Shown piece after piece: positions 48,913 through 56,897 of a stretch of DNA of 64,000 nt. How positions within the stretch are numbered: position 1 is the first letter of the stretch; the number at the start of each line of letters is the position of its first letter. The position numbers were made by a program, and so were the translations under genes. The DNA comes from Candidatus Rifleibacteriota bacterium. GTDB lineage: Bacteria; Muiribacteriota; Ozemobacteria; Ozemobacterales; Ozemobacteraceae. The notes under the pieces are model-generated. The model did no database searches and was not told where the DNA came from. It saw only the letters and a program-made list of their open reading frames with translations. The stretch is taken from contig JAAYVD010000022.1 in assembly GCA_012517355.1 (NCBI GenBank), forward strand, positions 75,011 to 139,010, written 5' to 3'.

Positions 48913-50208
48913 ATGGATAAAGCATTCACCGGGAAGAAGGGCATGACCCAATGGACCGGCCTCGAGCCTCCGAAACTCCTGGCCGTCGCCGTCCAACTGC
49001 CCGACCAGACCGACGAGCAGGTGACCGCCTCCCTCGACGAACTGGCCGAGCTGGTTCGCACCGCGGGAGGGCGGCTCGTCGGCCGGGTCGTCCAGAAGCG
49101 GGAACGGCAAGACCGGAACTCCTATCTCGGGTCGGGGAAGATGCGCGAGGTCGGCGAGGCCGCCAAGGCGGCCGGAGCCGTCCAGGTGATCACCGACGAC
49201 GAACTGACCGGGCTCCAGATCCGCCGGATGGAGGAAGGAACGGGGTTTCCCGTCATCGATCGCACCCGGGTCATTCTCGAGATCTTCGCCATGCACTCCA
49301 CGACCCGCGAAGGGAACCTGCAGGTCGAACTGGCCCAGGTCCAGTATGTTCTCCTCCGTCTGGCCGGCGGCTACGAGGGTTTTTCCCGCCAGCGCGGCGG
49401 CATCGGGACCAAGGGACCCGGGGAAACCCAGATCGAGACCGACCGCCGCGTTCTCAAGGTCAAGGTCAAACGCCTGCACGACGAACTGGCCCAGGTGGTC
49501 CGCACCCGTGACCTGCAGCGCCGGAAGCGGGCGGAGCGTTTTTCGCCGCTCTTCTCCCTGGTCGGGTACACCAACGCCGGCAAGTCCACCCTCCTCAACG
49601 CCTTGAGCGGCAGCCGGGTCGCCACTTGCGATGGCCTGTTCACCACCCTCGACCCCACCGCCCGGCTCGTCCAGATGCCCAGCGGCCGCTCGGGCATCCT
49701 GTCCGATACGGTCGGGTTCATCCGCAAGCTTCCCCATGGCCTGGTCAAGGCCTTCCGCGCCACTCTGGAAAGCGTCCTTCAGTCGCAGGTGATCGTGCTG
49801 GTCGCCGACGTTTCCCACCCGGGGGTGCGCGACCACATCGCCGCGGTGGAGGAGGTCCTGCGCGAGATCGGGGCCCTCGAGATCGAGCGGCTGATGGTGT
49901 TCAACAAGATCGACCTGGTCCCCGCCGGGTCCTACGAGGGCCTGGCCGGCGCGTTCCCGGAGGCCCTTTTCGTCTCGGCCCGAACTGGCGCGGGGCTCGA
50001 TCTTCTGCGCTCCCGCATGGACGAGATCCTCGGGCGGCAGTTCGCGGAGGTCGTGCTCGAGCTTCCTGCGAAAGACCCCATCCTGCGCGACATCCTGGCC
50101 ATGGGCCCCCCCCTTGAACAGCATTGGGAGGAGGGACGGGTGCGGGTACGGGTGGCCCTGCCGCGGCTCTTTCTGCCCCGGGTCAAACGGTTCCTGGCGC
50201 GATCCTGA
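48913..50208 (+). CDS. hflX: GTPase HflX
   Basis: HflX N-domain. G1 GYTNAGKSTLLN, G3 DTVGF, G4 NKID. Confidence 0.9.
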   Translation: MDKAFTGKKGMTQWTGLEPPKLLAVAVQLPDQTDEQVTASLDELAELVRTAGGRLVGRVVQKRERQDRNSYLGSGKMREVGEAAKAAGAVQVITDDELTGLQIRRMEEGTGFPVIDRTRVILEIFAMHSTTREGNLQVELAQVQYVLLRLAGGYEGFSRQRGGIGTKGPGETQIETDRRVLKVKVKRLHDELAQVVRTRDLQRRKRAERFSPLFSLVGYTNAGKSTLLNALSGSRVATCDGLFTTLDPTARLVQMPSGRSGILSDTVGFIRKLPHGLVKAFRATLESVLQSQVIVLVADVSHPGVRDHIAAVEEVLREIGALEIERLMVFNKIDLVPAGSYEGLAGAFPEALFVSARTGAGLDLLRSRMDEILGRQFAEVVLELPAKDPILRDILAMGPPLEQHWEEGRVRVRVALPRLFLPRVKRFLARS

Positions 50209-50239
50209 CTACCGGGACCCGTTTGGAAACTACCGTCCG

Positions 50240-50386
50240 GTCAAGGGCTAACGGACCGCGGTGCGGAGCTTCCGCGAGGGGAACGCGTTAGCGTTCCCCT
50301 CGCCACCAGAAAGGGTCCAGGGCCATCGGCCCTGGTGGGGTGAAGGGGCAAAGCCCCTTCGGCAAGCCTTTATGCGGACCATTGTT
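50240..50386 (+). repeat. Copy 1 of a conserved ~150-nt hairpin/palindrome-rich intergenic element (family R1)
   Basis: About 93% identical to the reverse complement of 56370-56526. It contains four perfect palindromes/hairpins: GCGGA-GCU-UCCGC, GAGGGGAACGC-GUUA-GCGUUCCCCUC, CCAGGGCC-AUC-GGCCCUGG and GAAGGGG-CAAAG-CCCCUUC. Confidence 0.8.
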
Positions 50387-50590
50387 GGGAAAAGGGCCAC
50401 CGGCGGTCAAGCTGAGGGTGGGGGGGGAATGGCCGGCACGGTTGGAAGGCGCCTCGGGTGAGGGTGAGAGGATGTGGTGCAAGTCCATCACACTTGCGAT
50501 ACAATGGCGCGGGCGGTTCATCGCCCTCCGGGACCGAAGATGGTCGACCGGGGTACCCCGGGAAAATCGAGGCAGGAAAAGGCAGACGAC

Positions 50591-51281
50591 GATGAAAAGG
50601 AACGTGTGGCTGGGGTTTTTGGTGATGTTGGTTCTGGTGGCCGGGCCGGTATCCGAGGCATGGGCCCAGGCCGAGACCTGGGAGGCCTACGAGATCAATG
50701 CCCAGTACCGCGGCGGGGTCAAGAAAGGGTTCGATGAATTGGGGTGCGGCGTCGGTGGGTACATTTCCCTGCCCGACGGCAACCGCGAGATCGTCTTCCA
50801 TGCCTGCGTCAAGGACCCTGAGAAACGGCAGAAGTTTTACGGCATGCGTCTCCGGATGGTCTACTCCTTCGACGGGAAGGGCCAGGTCAAAACCGTCACC
50901 GAGAAATACGCCTGGTTCGACAATTTCGAAAAGCAGCACCAGGACCAGATCCGCGACATGATCCTGCTGTTGGGCACCATCAAGGACGGGTCTCTTATCC
51001 AGGCGGCTCTCAAGCAGGTGATGATCAATGCCACCACCATCGTGCTCGACGGCAAGACGGGCTCCGGTGGCAAGTCGATGGAGCTCGGCATCCAGCGGCC
51101 AGGGAAGCCGATCCTGGAAGGGAAGTTCTTCCTCAAGAACGCCAGCTCCGCCTGGAACCTGACCAAGTTTCGCATGAAGCGCGGCAAGGTTTCCGTGTCC
51201 TTCGTGACGAATCCGCTGGCCCAGGTCCAGGCCGAATACCAGGCCAAGGAGCCGTTCTCCCGCGTGGTCTTCGGTCGGTGA
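50591..51281 (+). CDS. Secreted hypothetical protein (230 aa)
   Basis: Signal peptide MKRNVWLGFLVMLVLVAGPVSEAWA. Balanced composition. I chose the ATG at 50591; the longer ORF from 50340 runs through the R1 element. Confidence 0.6.
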
Positions 51282-51302
51282 CGGCGGTCCCCCGCGGCAG
51301 GG

Positions 51303-51412
51303 GCCGACCGACCGGATGTCGGAAGGGCTTTCCCCCTGCCGCTGCGGAGGGGGGCGCAAAACGGCAGCTCCGCGCATCGCAAGGGGGCCGACCGCTATGC
51401 TGTCGGCCGTTC
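51303..51412 (+). repeat. Copy A of a second intergenic repeat family (R2)
   Basis: It shares two conserved boxes with 53996-54108: CCGATGTC(G/C)GAAGGGCTT(T)CCCCCT and GCGCATCGCA(A/G)GGGGGCCGACCG. Confidence 0.6.
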
Positions 51413-51509
51413 CCCCCCTGTGACAAGGGGGGAGGCGTGAAACACCCGTTTTGCCCCTCGCCAGGGGGTTCTCCCCTCCCCCCATCCCTTCCTCACGGAT
51501 GACACCCCT

Positions 51510-53837
51510 GTGACCCCGACCCCTGCTCCCCGGCCGGGAGGGGGGGGGGGCGGCGCCCGTCGGGCACTTTTCTCTGGAACCCTGTTCTGGAGTGCTTTTC
51601 TGCTGTTCTCCATCCAGCCGTTGGCTGCCAAAAGGCTGTTGCCGGTGCTCGGCGGCGCGGTCGGCGTGTGGACGGGATGCCAGTTGTTCTTCCAATTGGT
51701 CCTCCTGGCAGGGTACGCGCTCGCCCACCTGGGACTGCGCGGGCTGGGGGCGGCCCGCCACCCCCCCACCCACGCTTTGTTGCTGGCCTTCGGTCTGCTG
51801 TCCGGGCCGTCCCGGCTGGGTCGGCTGGCCGGGCTGGATGCCCACTCCGCCCCGGTCTGGTTCCTCTTCCGCGAGTTGGGCGGGGCGGTGGGGTTCCCGC
51901 TGCTGGTCATGGCCGCCCTGGCTCCCGCCCTGCAGGCCTGGTTCGCCGTCGGAACCAGGCCCGGGGACGGCGATGATCCCTATCCCTTGTACGCCGCCAG
52001 CAATCTTGGCAGTCTGTCGGCGTTGCTGGCCTATCCCCTGCTCATCGAACCGTTCATTCCTCTGACCGCACAAGCCGGTTGGTGGGAAGATGGGTATTTC
52101 CTTCTGGTTCTGCTGGTCGTAGGATGCGCCGTTTCGACGGTCGCCGTGCCTGGGACCGGAGGGGCCGCGACTTCCGGTCAGGTTGCTGCCAGCGAAGGGC
52201 CGGCGAAGCCATTTTCCTCTGTCGGGCGGCCTGCCGGTCCATCCGGCTCCCCAACCATCGCTTCACCCGTCTCCTGGAGCCGCCGGTGCTCCTGGCTCGG
52301 CTGGGCGTTCCTGCCCACCAGCCTGATGCTGGGCATCACCTCCCAGACCACGATGGACATGGCCCCATTCCCTCTCCTGTGGACCCTTCCACTGGCCGTC
52401 TACCTGCTGACCTGGATGATGGCCTTCGCCCGGTCCCCGCGCTGGCGGGCGGGAGCCTGGCTGGACTGGGCCGTTCCCGGCCTCCTGGCCTGGGCGGCGG
52501 TCATCCATGTGTTGTTCGTGGTCTCCCCCGCCTGGCTGGTGGCGGGGTTCTACCTGGCCGTCCTGTTCGTGGCCGGGCTCGAATGTCACGGCCGGCTGTT
52601 CCTCGACCGCCCCGAAACTCAGGAACTGACCGGGTTCTACTTGGTGACCGCGATGGGAGGGGCCTTGGGAGGGATGTTCAACGGGTGGGTGGCGCCCCAG
52701 GTCTTCCGGCGGTTGCACGAGTTGCCGCTGGTGCTCGTGGCGATCGCCCTCGCTTTTTCCGCGGTGCGAACCCGGTCTTCGGGGTCTCTGACCCGGTTCT
52801 GGAAAGCCGCCGCCTTGCCCCTGGCCGTCGGAGGCTGCTTCCTGTGGTTTGGCGGGCTGGAAATGAATGACCAGTTCTGGTTCAAAGCGGCCTGTCTGGC
52901 GTCCGCCGTCGCCCTGGCGGCCCTGGGCGGTCTCCACGGCGTCCTGTTCGGGCCCCTCTTCGCCCTGGCCCTGGCCGGGGGAAGCCTGATCTGTTTCTCC
53001 CGTCCGGGTGTCCTCGCCGAGGCGCGGAGCTTCTTCGGGACCTATCGCATCCAGGCGAGCGCCACCGGCGCCCACCGGTATCTCATGCACGGCAACATCC
53101 ACCACGGCGGCCAGAAGTGGCTGCCTCCCGGGGAGCGAAACCGGCCTTTCTATTACTACATCCGCGAAGGGCCGGTGGGCGAGGTGTTCCGGGAACTGCG
53201 TCGGCGGCGGGGTCGCCGGATCTGCGTGGTGGGGCTCGGGGCGGGAACCCTGGCCTGCTACCTTCGCCCTTGGCAGGAGATGGTCTTTTTGGAGATCGAT
53301 CCCGTCATGGCTCGGCTGGCGGCGGATCCGTCGTTGTTTTCCTTCCTGGCCGATGCCGCGGGGCCCTGCCGCGTGGTCGAGGGGGATGCCCGCGTTTCGC
53401 TTGCCTCACGCGTTCAGGGGCCCTTCGATCTCATCGTCCTGGACGCCTATTCCTCGGACGCCATCCCCCTGCATCTGCTGACCCGGGAAGCCCTGGACGT
53501 CTATCTCTCCCGGCTCGCCCCCGACGGGTGGCTGATGTTCCACGTGTCCCACCGCACCCTCGACCTGGAGCCGGTCGTGGGCAACCTGGCTTTGGCCGCA
53601 GGACTGTCCGGACTCTCGGCCGGTTTCCGACCGGACCAGGCCTCCCAGCGGCTGAAATACGACGATGAGGACACGCCTTTCGTCTTCAGTTCCCATTGGC
53701 TCATCCTTGCCCGCTCTCCCGACCTTCTCGCCCCGTTTCGGGGCAGCCGGCTTTGGAAGTCGATCCGCGTGGCCCCGGGGTCCCCCGTATGGACGGATGA
53801 GATGTCCAGCGTCCTGTCCGCCTACACCTGGGAATGA
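51510..53837 (+). CDS. Fusion protein: N-terminal polytopic (MFS-like) membrane domain plus C-terminal spermidine-synthase-like (class I MTase fold) domain
   Basis: About 12 TM helices. The C-terminal CVVGLGAGTLACYL...FDLIVLDAYSSDAIPLHLLTREAL is a polyamine aminopropyltransferase-like motif. GTG start, with a G11 homopolymer in codons 10-15. Confidence 0.8.
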   Translation: MTPTPAPRPGGGGGGARRALFSGTLFWSAFLLFSIQPLAAKRLLPVLGGAVGVWTGCQLFFQLVLLAGYALAHLGLRGLGAARHPPTHALLLAFGLLSGPSRLGRLAGLDAHSAPVWFLFRELGGAVGFPLLVMAALAPALQAWFAVGTRPGDGDDPYPLYAASNLGSLSALLAYPLLIEPFIPLTAQAGWWEDGYFLLVLLVVGCAVSTVAVPGTGGAATSGQVAASEGPAKPFSSVGRPAGPSGSPTIASPVSWSRRCSWLGWAFLPTSLMLGITSQTTMDMAPFPLLWTLPLAVYLLTWMMAFARSPRWRAGAWLDWAVPGLLAWAAVIHVLFVVSPAWLVAGFYLAVLFVAGLECHGRLFLDRPETQELTGFYLVTAMGGALGGMFNGWVAPQVFRRLHELPLVLVAIALAFSAVRTRSSGSLTRFWKAAALPLAVGGCFLWFGGLEMNDQFWFKAACLASAVALAALGGLHGVLFGPLFALALAGGSLICFSRPGVLAEARSFFGTYRIQASATGAHRYLMHGNIHHGGQKWLPPGERNRPFYYYIREGPVGEVFRELRRRRGRRICVVGLGAGTLACYLRPWQEMVFLEIDPVMARLAADPSLFSFLADAAGPCRVVEGDARVSLASRVQGPFDLIVLDAYSSDAIPLHLLTREALDVYLSRLAPDGWLMFHVSHRTLDLEPVVGNLALAAGLSGLSAGFRPDQASQRLKYDDEDTPFVFSSHWLILARSPDLLAPFRGSRLWKSIRVAPGSPVWTDEMSSVLSAYTWE

Positions 53838-53995
53838 TCCCTGGAATCCGGACGGGGTCAGGGGGAACGGCCCGATCCACACCAGGTGGGAAGTGGGCCG
53901 CAGGCGCCACGGATGGCGCTCCTCCGCAGACCCGACCGGCACGAGGCCGGATGAGCCTGCGGCCATGAATGGGGGCCCACAACGCGAGTTGCCAG

Positions 53996-54108
53996 CCTCG
54001 CCAGGGGGCAGACCGGACCCGATGTCCGAAGGGCTTCCCCCTCGCCGCCAAGGATGACGGGGGGAGACCGTCGCTTCGCGCATCGCAGAGGGGCCGACCG
54101 ACAGTCTG
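53996..54108 (+). repeat. Copy B of intergenic repeat family R2
   Basis: See 51303-51412. It ends about 27 nt before a near-consensus sigma70 -35 box. Confidence 0.6.
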
Positions 54109-54134
54109 GCTGGTCTTCCGGGAAAACCGGTGCT

Positions 54135-54163
54135 TTGACTTGTAGGGGGGTTCCCGGTATCAT
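54135..54163 (+). promoter_or_regulatory. Near-consensus sigma70 promoter for the 54208 gene
   Basis: TTGACT - 17 nt - TATCAT. A GGGGGAG SD lies 7 nt before the GTG start. Confidence 0.5.
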
Positions 54164-54207
54164 TCCCGAGGATTTCTGGGGATCGCTAGAGTTGGGGGAG
54201 CGTTGGC

Positions 54208-55008
54208 GTGCTGAGATTTCTGGTGTTCCTCGGGCCGGTTCTCATGGTGTGCGTGTGTGTGGGAGGCGCTGGGCTTCCCGCGTTCGGGCAGGAGGAGGAA
54301 CCTGCCGTCTCCGACCCTCTCGGAGATCTTGAAAACCGGTTCTTCGAGGCTTTGGCCGGAGGGCAGGCGGGACAGGCGGAAGAGCTTTTGCGGGCCGCGC
54401 TGGCCGATGGCCGGTTGACCGGCAAGGACCCCCTCGAAGCCAACCTCCTGGTGGCCCTGGGCAACCATTTCTGTGAAGCGGGGAGCGTGGGCTCGGCCTG
54501 TTTCTGGCTGGAAGGGGCGGTGACGAGGTATGGCTCCCTCCCGATGGATGATGCCGGTGAGCAGACCTATGCCAGCGCCCTCGGGGCCAAGATCGCCTGG
54601 CTGAAAAGCGGTGGGGTCAGATCCTGGGTCGAGAAGGAGCCCGCCGTTCTGGCCCGAAAACTCTTCCAGGCCCTTTCCCGTGCCGACCGTGCGACCCTCG
54701 AAGGCTCCCTGGCCCTGTTCGACATCTACCTGGGGTGGTGGCAGAGCGAGCTTGAACCTGTCACCCGGGAGGAACTCCTCGCCTTCCTCGAATCCCACCG
54801 GGGAGGCACCCTCACGTGGGCCAACGAGCCCGAGGTCATCGCGCAAAGCCCCAAGGGCGACACTGTCATTTACATGAACATTCGTGGGTGGAAGGACATT
54901 GAGGGGTATTCGAACATCCAGTTTGCCATCCACCCCGTCGCCGCGGGAGGTTGGGAGTGGCGTGGCATCGTTCTTGGCGAAGACCAGACCGCTTCATCCA
55001 CTCCCTGA
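54208..55008 (+). CDS. Secreted hypothetical protein (266 aa)
   Basis: Signal peptide MLRFLVFLGPVLMVCVCVGGAGLPAFG. Helical, balanced composition. Confidence 0.6.
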   Translation: MLRFLVFLGPVLMVCVCVGGAGLPAFGQEEEPAVSDPLGDLENRFFEALAGGQAGQAEELLRAALADGRLTGKDPLEANLLVALGNHFCEAGSVGSACFWLEGAVTRYGSLPMDDAGEQTYASALGAKIAWLKSGGVRSWVEKEPAVLARKLFQALSRADRATLEGSLALFDIYLGWWQSELEPVTREELLAFLESHRGGTLTWANEPEVIAQSPKGDTVIYMNIRGWKDIEGYSNIQFAIHPVAAGGWEWRGIVLGEDQTASSTP

Positions 55009-55261
55009 AACTGGTCTCACGAGTGGCAACCCACCATAGATCCGTCCCGCCAGGTGGGTTTGTCCATTGGAGGGGATGATTTGAGCCAAGCCCAAAGAAC
55101 TGCCCGCCTCTTCCAACTCACGAACACCGATCCGATGACGAGTCCCTTCGATCGGGATCGGGATGTCCCCCATCCGGGGCCCCTCCGCCCCTCCCCGGCC
55201 ATGGTCTGACGAAGCTTTCTTCGGGTTCACAAGCCAGATGTTCACAAGCCAGAGAAACTGA

Positions 55262-55292
55262 ACCCCGCCCGTGATCGCACGGGCGGGGTTCT
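55262..55292. terminator. GC-rich hairpin, a likely bidirectional terminator between two convergent genes
   Basis: CCCCGCCCGUGAUCGCACGGGCGGGG, with UUCUG on the + side and UUCAGUUUCUCU on the minus side. Confidence 0.5.
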
Positions 55293-55317
55293 GCGGAATC
55301 CGGGTCCTGATTCCCGG

Positions 55318-56271
55318 TCAGAACTGCAGGTTGTCCTCCCTGGTCCAGCCTTCTTTGCGGCCCTGATGGTAGGTGATTTCGAACCATTGGTATTTGCCGA
55401 TGCGCTTGCAGCTTTTGATCTTCACCACCACACCTTTGGGGACCTTGCCCAGGAGAGCGGCCTTGGTGCTGGGGGCATTTCTGACCTTGGCGCCTGAATC
55501 GGCGACGACGGTGCCCTCTGCGGGCAGTTTGTCGGCGGAGGCGAATCCCTTCACGGTTTCGGCCGGAGGAGCGGGTTTCGCGACGGCCACGCTGACCGTC
55601 TGCGCCAGGGCCATGGCCTTCAGAGCGGCGGGATCGACGGGAACGGGCTTGCGGGTCGTGGGGTCGATGATCACCCGTGTCGTACCGCTCCCACTCTCAG
55701 GCGGAATGCCGGTAAGGGTGTCCTTCGGTCCGACGATCAGCAGGTCGTCCCTGGTCCAACCTACCTTCTTGTTGAAATCCCATTTTACCTGGGTCCAGCC
55801 GTTCTTACGGTCGATGACGTGACCCCGTGTGCCGTTGCCAATCTTCATGACCATCTTGCCTGAGACGTCCGGGATCTCACGGACGTTGATCCCGTTCCCA
55901 TTGGCGAAGGCGACCAGCTTGACATGCGGGTCGGGGGAGGGGGAACCGGCCTTGGCGGGCGGGGGGGCCGGTGGGACTGGTGTGGCGGCTGCAGAGGGAC
56001 CCGGTGATGACTCCGGGGTGGACGGAGCAGGCGAAGGGACGGGATTCGGTGCCCCGGACGGGGTGGCTGTGTAGAGGACCTGCGTCGCACCCTGGGAAGG
56101 GGCTGCCTCGGCGGTGGCAAGAACCCCTCCAGAAGGGGCGATGGCACCTGCTGGCGCGGGAAGACCACTGCGCGACTCGAGGTAGGTGAACATCTGTTTT
56201 CCCATGAAGATCCCTACGGCGACGACCGAAACCACGATCACCAATACGGAGAACACTTTGATCTTCTTCAA
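55318..56271 (-). CDS. Signal-anchored protein with two bacterial SH3 (SH3b) domains and Pro/Ala/Ser-rich linkers
   Basis: TTG start with AGGAG SD. TM anchor VFSVLVIVVSVVAVGIF. Two SH3b-like modules (NVREIPDVSGKMVMKIGNGTRGHVIDRKNGWTQVKW and KVRNAPSTKAALLGKVPKGVVVKIKSCKRIGKYQWFEITY). Confidence 0.7.
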   Translation of the reverse strand: MKKIKVFSVLVIVVSVVAVGIFMGKQMFTYLESRSGLPAPAGAIAPSGGVLATAEAAPSQGATQVLYTATPSGAPNPVPSPAPSTPESSPGPSAAATPVPPAPPPAKAGSPSPDPHVKLVAFANGNGINVREIPDVSGKMVMKIGNGTRGHVIDRKNGWTQVKWDFNKKVGWTRDDLLIVGPKDTLTGIPPESGSGTTRVIIDPTTRKPVPVDPAALKAMALAQTVSVAVAKPAPPAETVKGFASADKLPAEGTVVADSGAKVRNAPSTKAALLGKVPKGVVVKIKSCKRIGKYQWFEITYHQGRKEGWTREDNLQF

Positions 56272-56300
56272 CTCGGTGCTCCTATGAAAAGCTCCCGATC

Positions 56301-56329
56301 ATCATAGTACCGCCGGGAACCAGTGTCAA
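56301..56329 (-). promoter_or_regulatory. Near-consensus sigma70 promoter for the SH3b gene
   Basis: On the minus strand TTGACA - 17 nt - TATGAT, about 30 nt upstream of the TTG start. A T8 tract lies just upstream (UP-element-like). Confidence 0.55.
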
Positions 56330-56369
56330 TACCTTGGCTTTCGGCAGGGCACCGAATACTGGAAAAAAA

Positions 56370-56526
56370 ACAATGATTCGCAAAAAGGCTTGCCGAAGGG
56401 GGCTTTGCCCCTTCACCCCACCAGGGCCGATGGCCCTGGACCCTTTCTGCTGGCGAGGTGAACGCTGACGCGTTCCCCTCGCGGAAGCTCCGCTTCGCGG
56501 TCCGTTAACCCTGGACCGGATGGTAG
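56370..56526 (-). repeat. Copy 2 of the conserved hairpin/palindrome-rich element R1, on the minus strand
   Basis: Its reverse complement aligns to 50240-50386 with about 11 mismatches in 147 nt. It lies between the Flp-pilin terminator and the SH3b gene promoter. Confidence 0.8.
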
Positions 56527-56553
56527 AAAAAAACAACCCCGGAAGGGGTTGTT
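56526..56553 (-). terminator. Rho-independent terminator after the Flp pilin gene. It is symmetric with A/T tracts on both sides, so it is probably bidirectional.
   Basis: AAAAAAA-CAACCCCGGAAGGGGUUG-UUUUU. Confidence 0.65.
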
Positions 56554-56581
56554 TTTGGGGGGCAGACGGAACCGTCCAGCT

Positions 56582-56818
56582 TCATGGACTCGTGCTGTCC
56601 CCGGTCGACCCACCGGTCGAACCACCCGTGGACCCACCGGAATCTCCTCCACCCAGAACCGTTTTCAGGGTTTCGGAAATGGGGCCCCAGAACATTCCGG
56701 AGATGACGTCACCCATGGCCATCATGGCCACCAAAGCGACCATGGCAACCAGTCCAATCAATAGAGCGTATTCTACCAAACCTTGTCCTCTCCTTGACCT
56801 ACACCGCCGCATGCTCAT
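56582..56818 (-). CDS. flp: Flp/Fap-family type IVb pilin
   Basis: RGQGLVEYALLIGLVAMVALVAMMAMG is the Flp motif (G/xxxxEY, hydrophobic stretch). 78 aa. GGAGG SD. A C-terminal GGSTGGSTGGSTG repeat. Confidence 0.85.
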   Translation of the reverse strand: MSMRRCRSRRGQGLVEYALLIGLVAMVALVAMMAMGDVISGMFWGPISETLKTVLGGGDSGGSTGGSTGGSTGDSTSP

Positions 56819-56897
56819 GGTCGACCTCCAAAGGGATTTTCCTGATTACTAGCAAGAAGAATACCATGGCCGCCCGGGGTGGCGCATTTTCGGGAAA

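Noticed and set aside
50240-50386. Assigning the R1 element to a known riboswitch class (c-di-GMP GEMM, cobalamin, or others)
   Set aside because: I could not find the class-defining conserved nucleotides. In copy 2 the element lies upstream of the promoter rather than in the 5' UTR. The 93% identity between copies is more typical of a duplicated repeat than of independent aptamers.
55262-55312. Hairpins downstream of the SH3b gene, considered as a possible tRNA or small RNA
   Set aside because: There is no cloverleaf and no anticodon-arm geometry. A simple GC stem with a flanking U-rich tract fits an intrinsic terminator.
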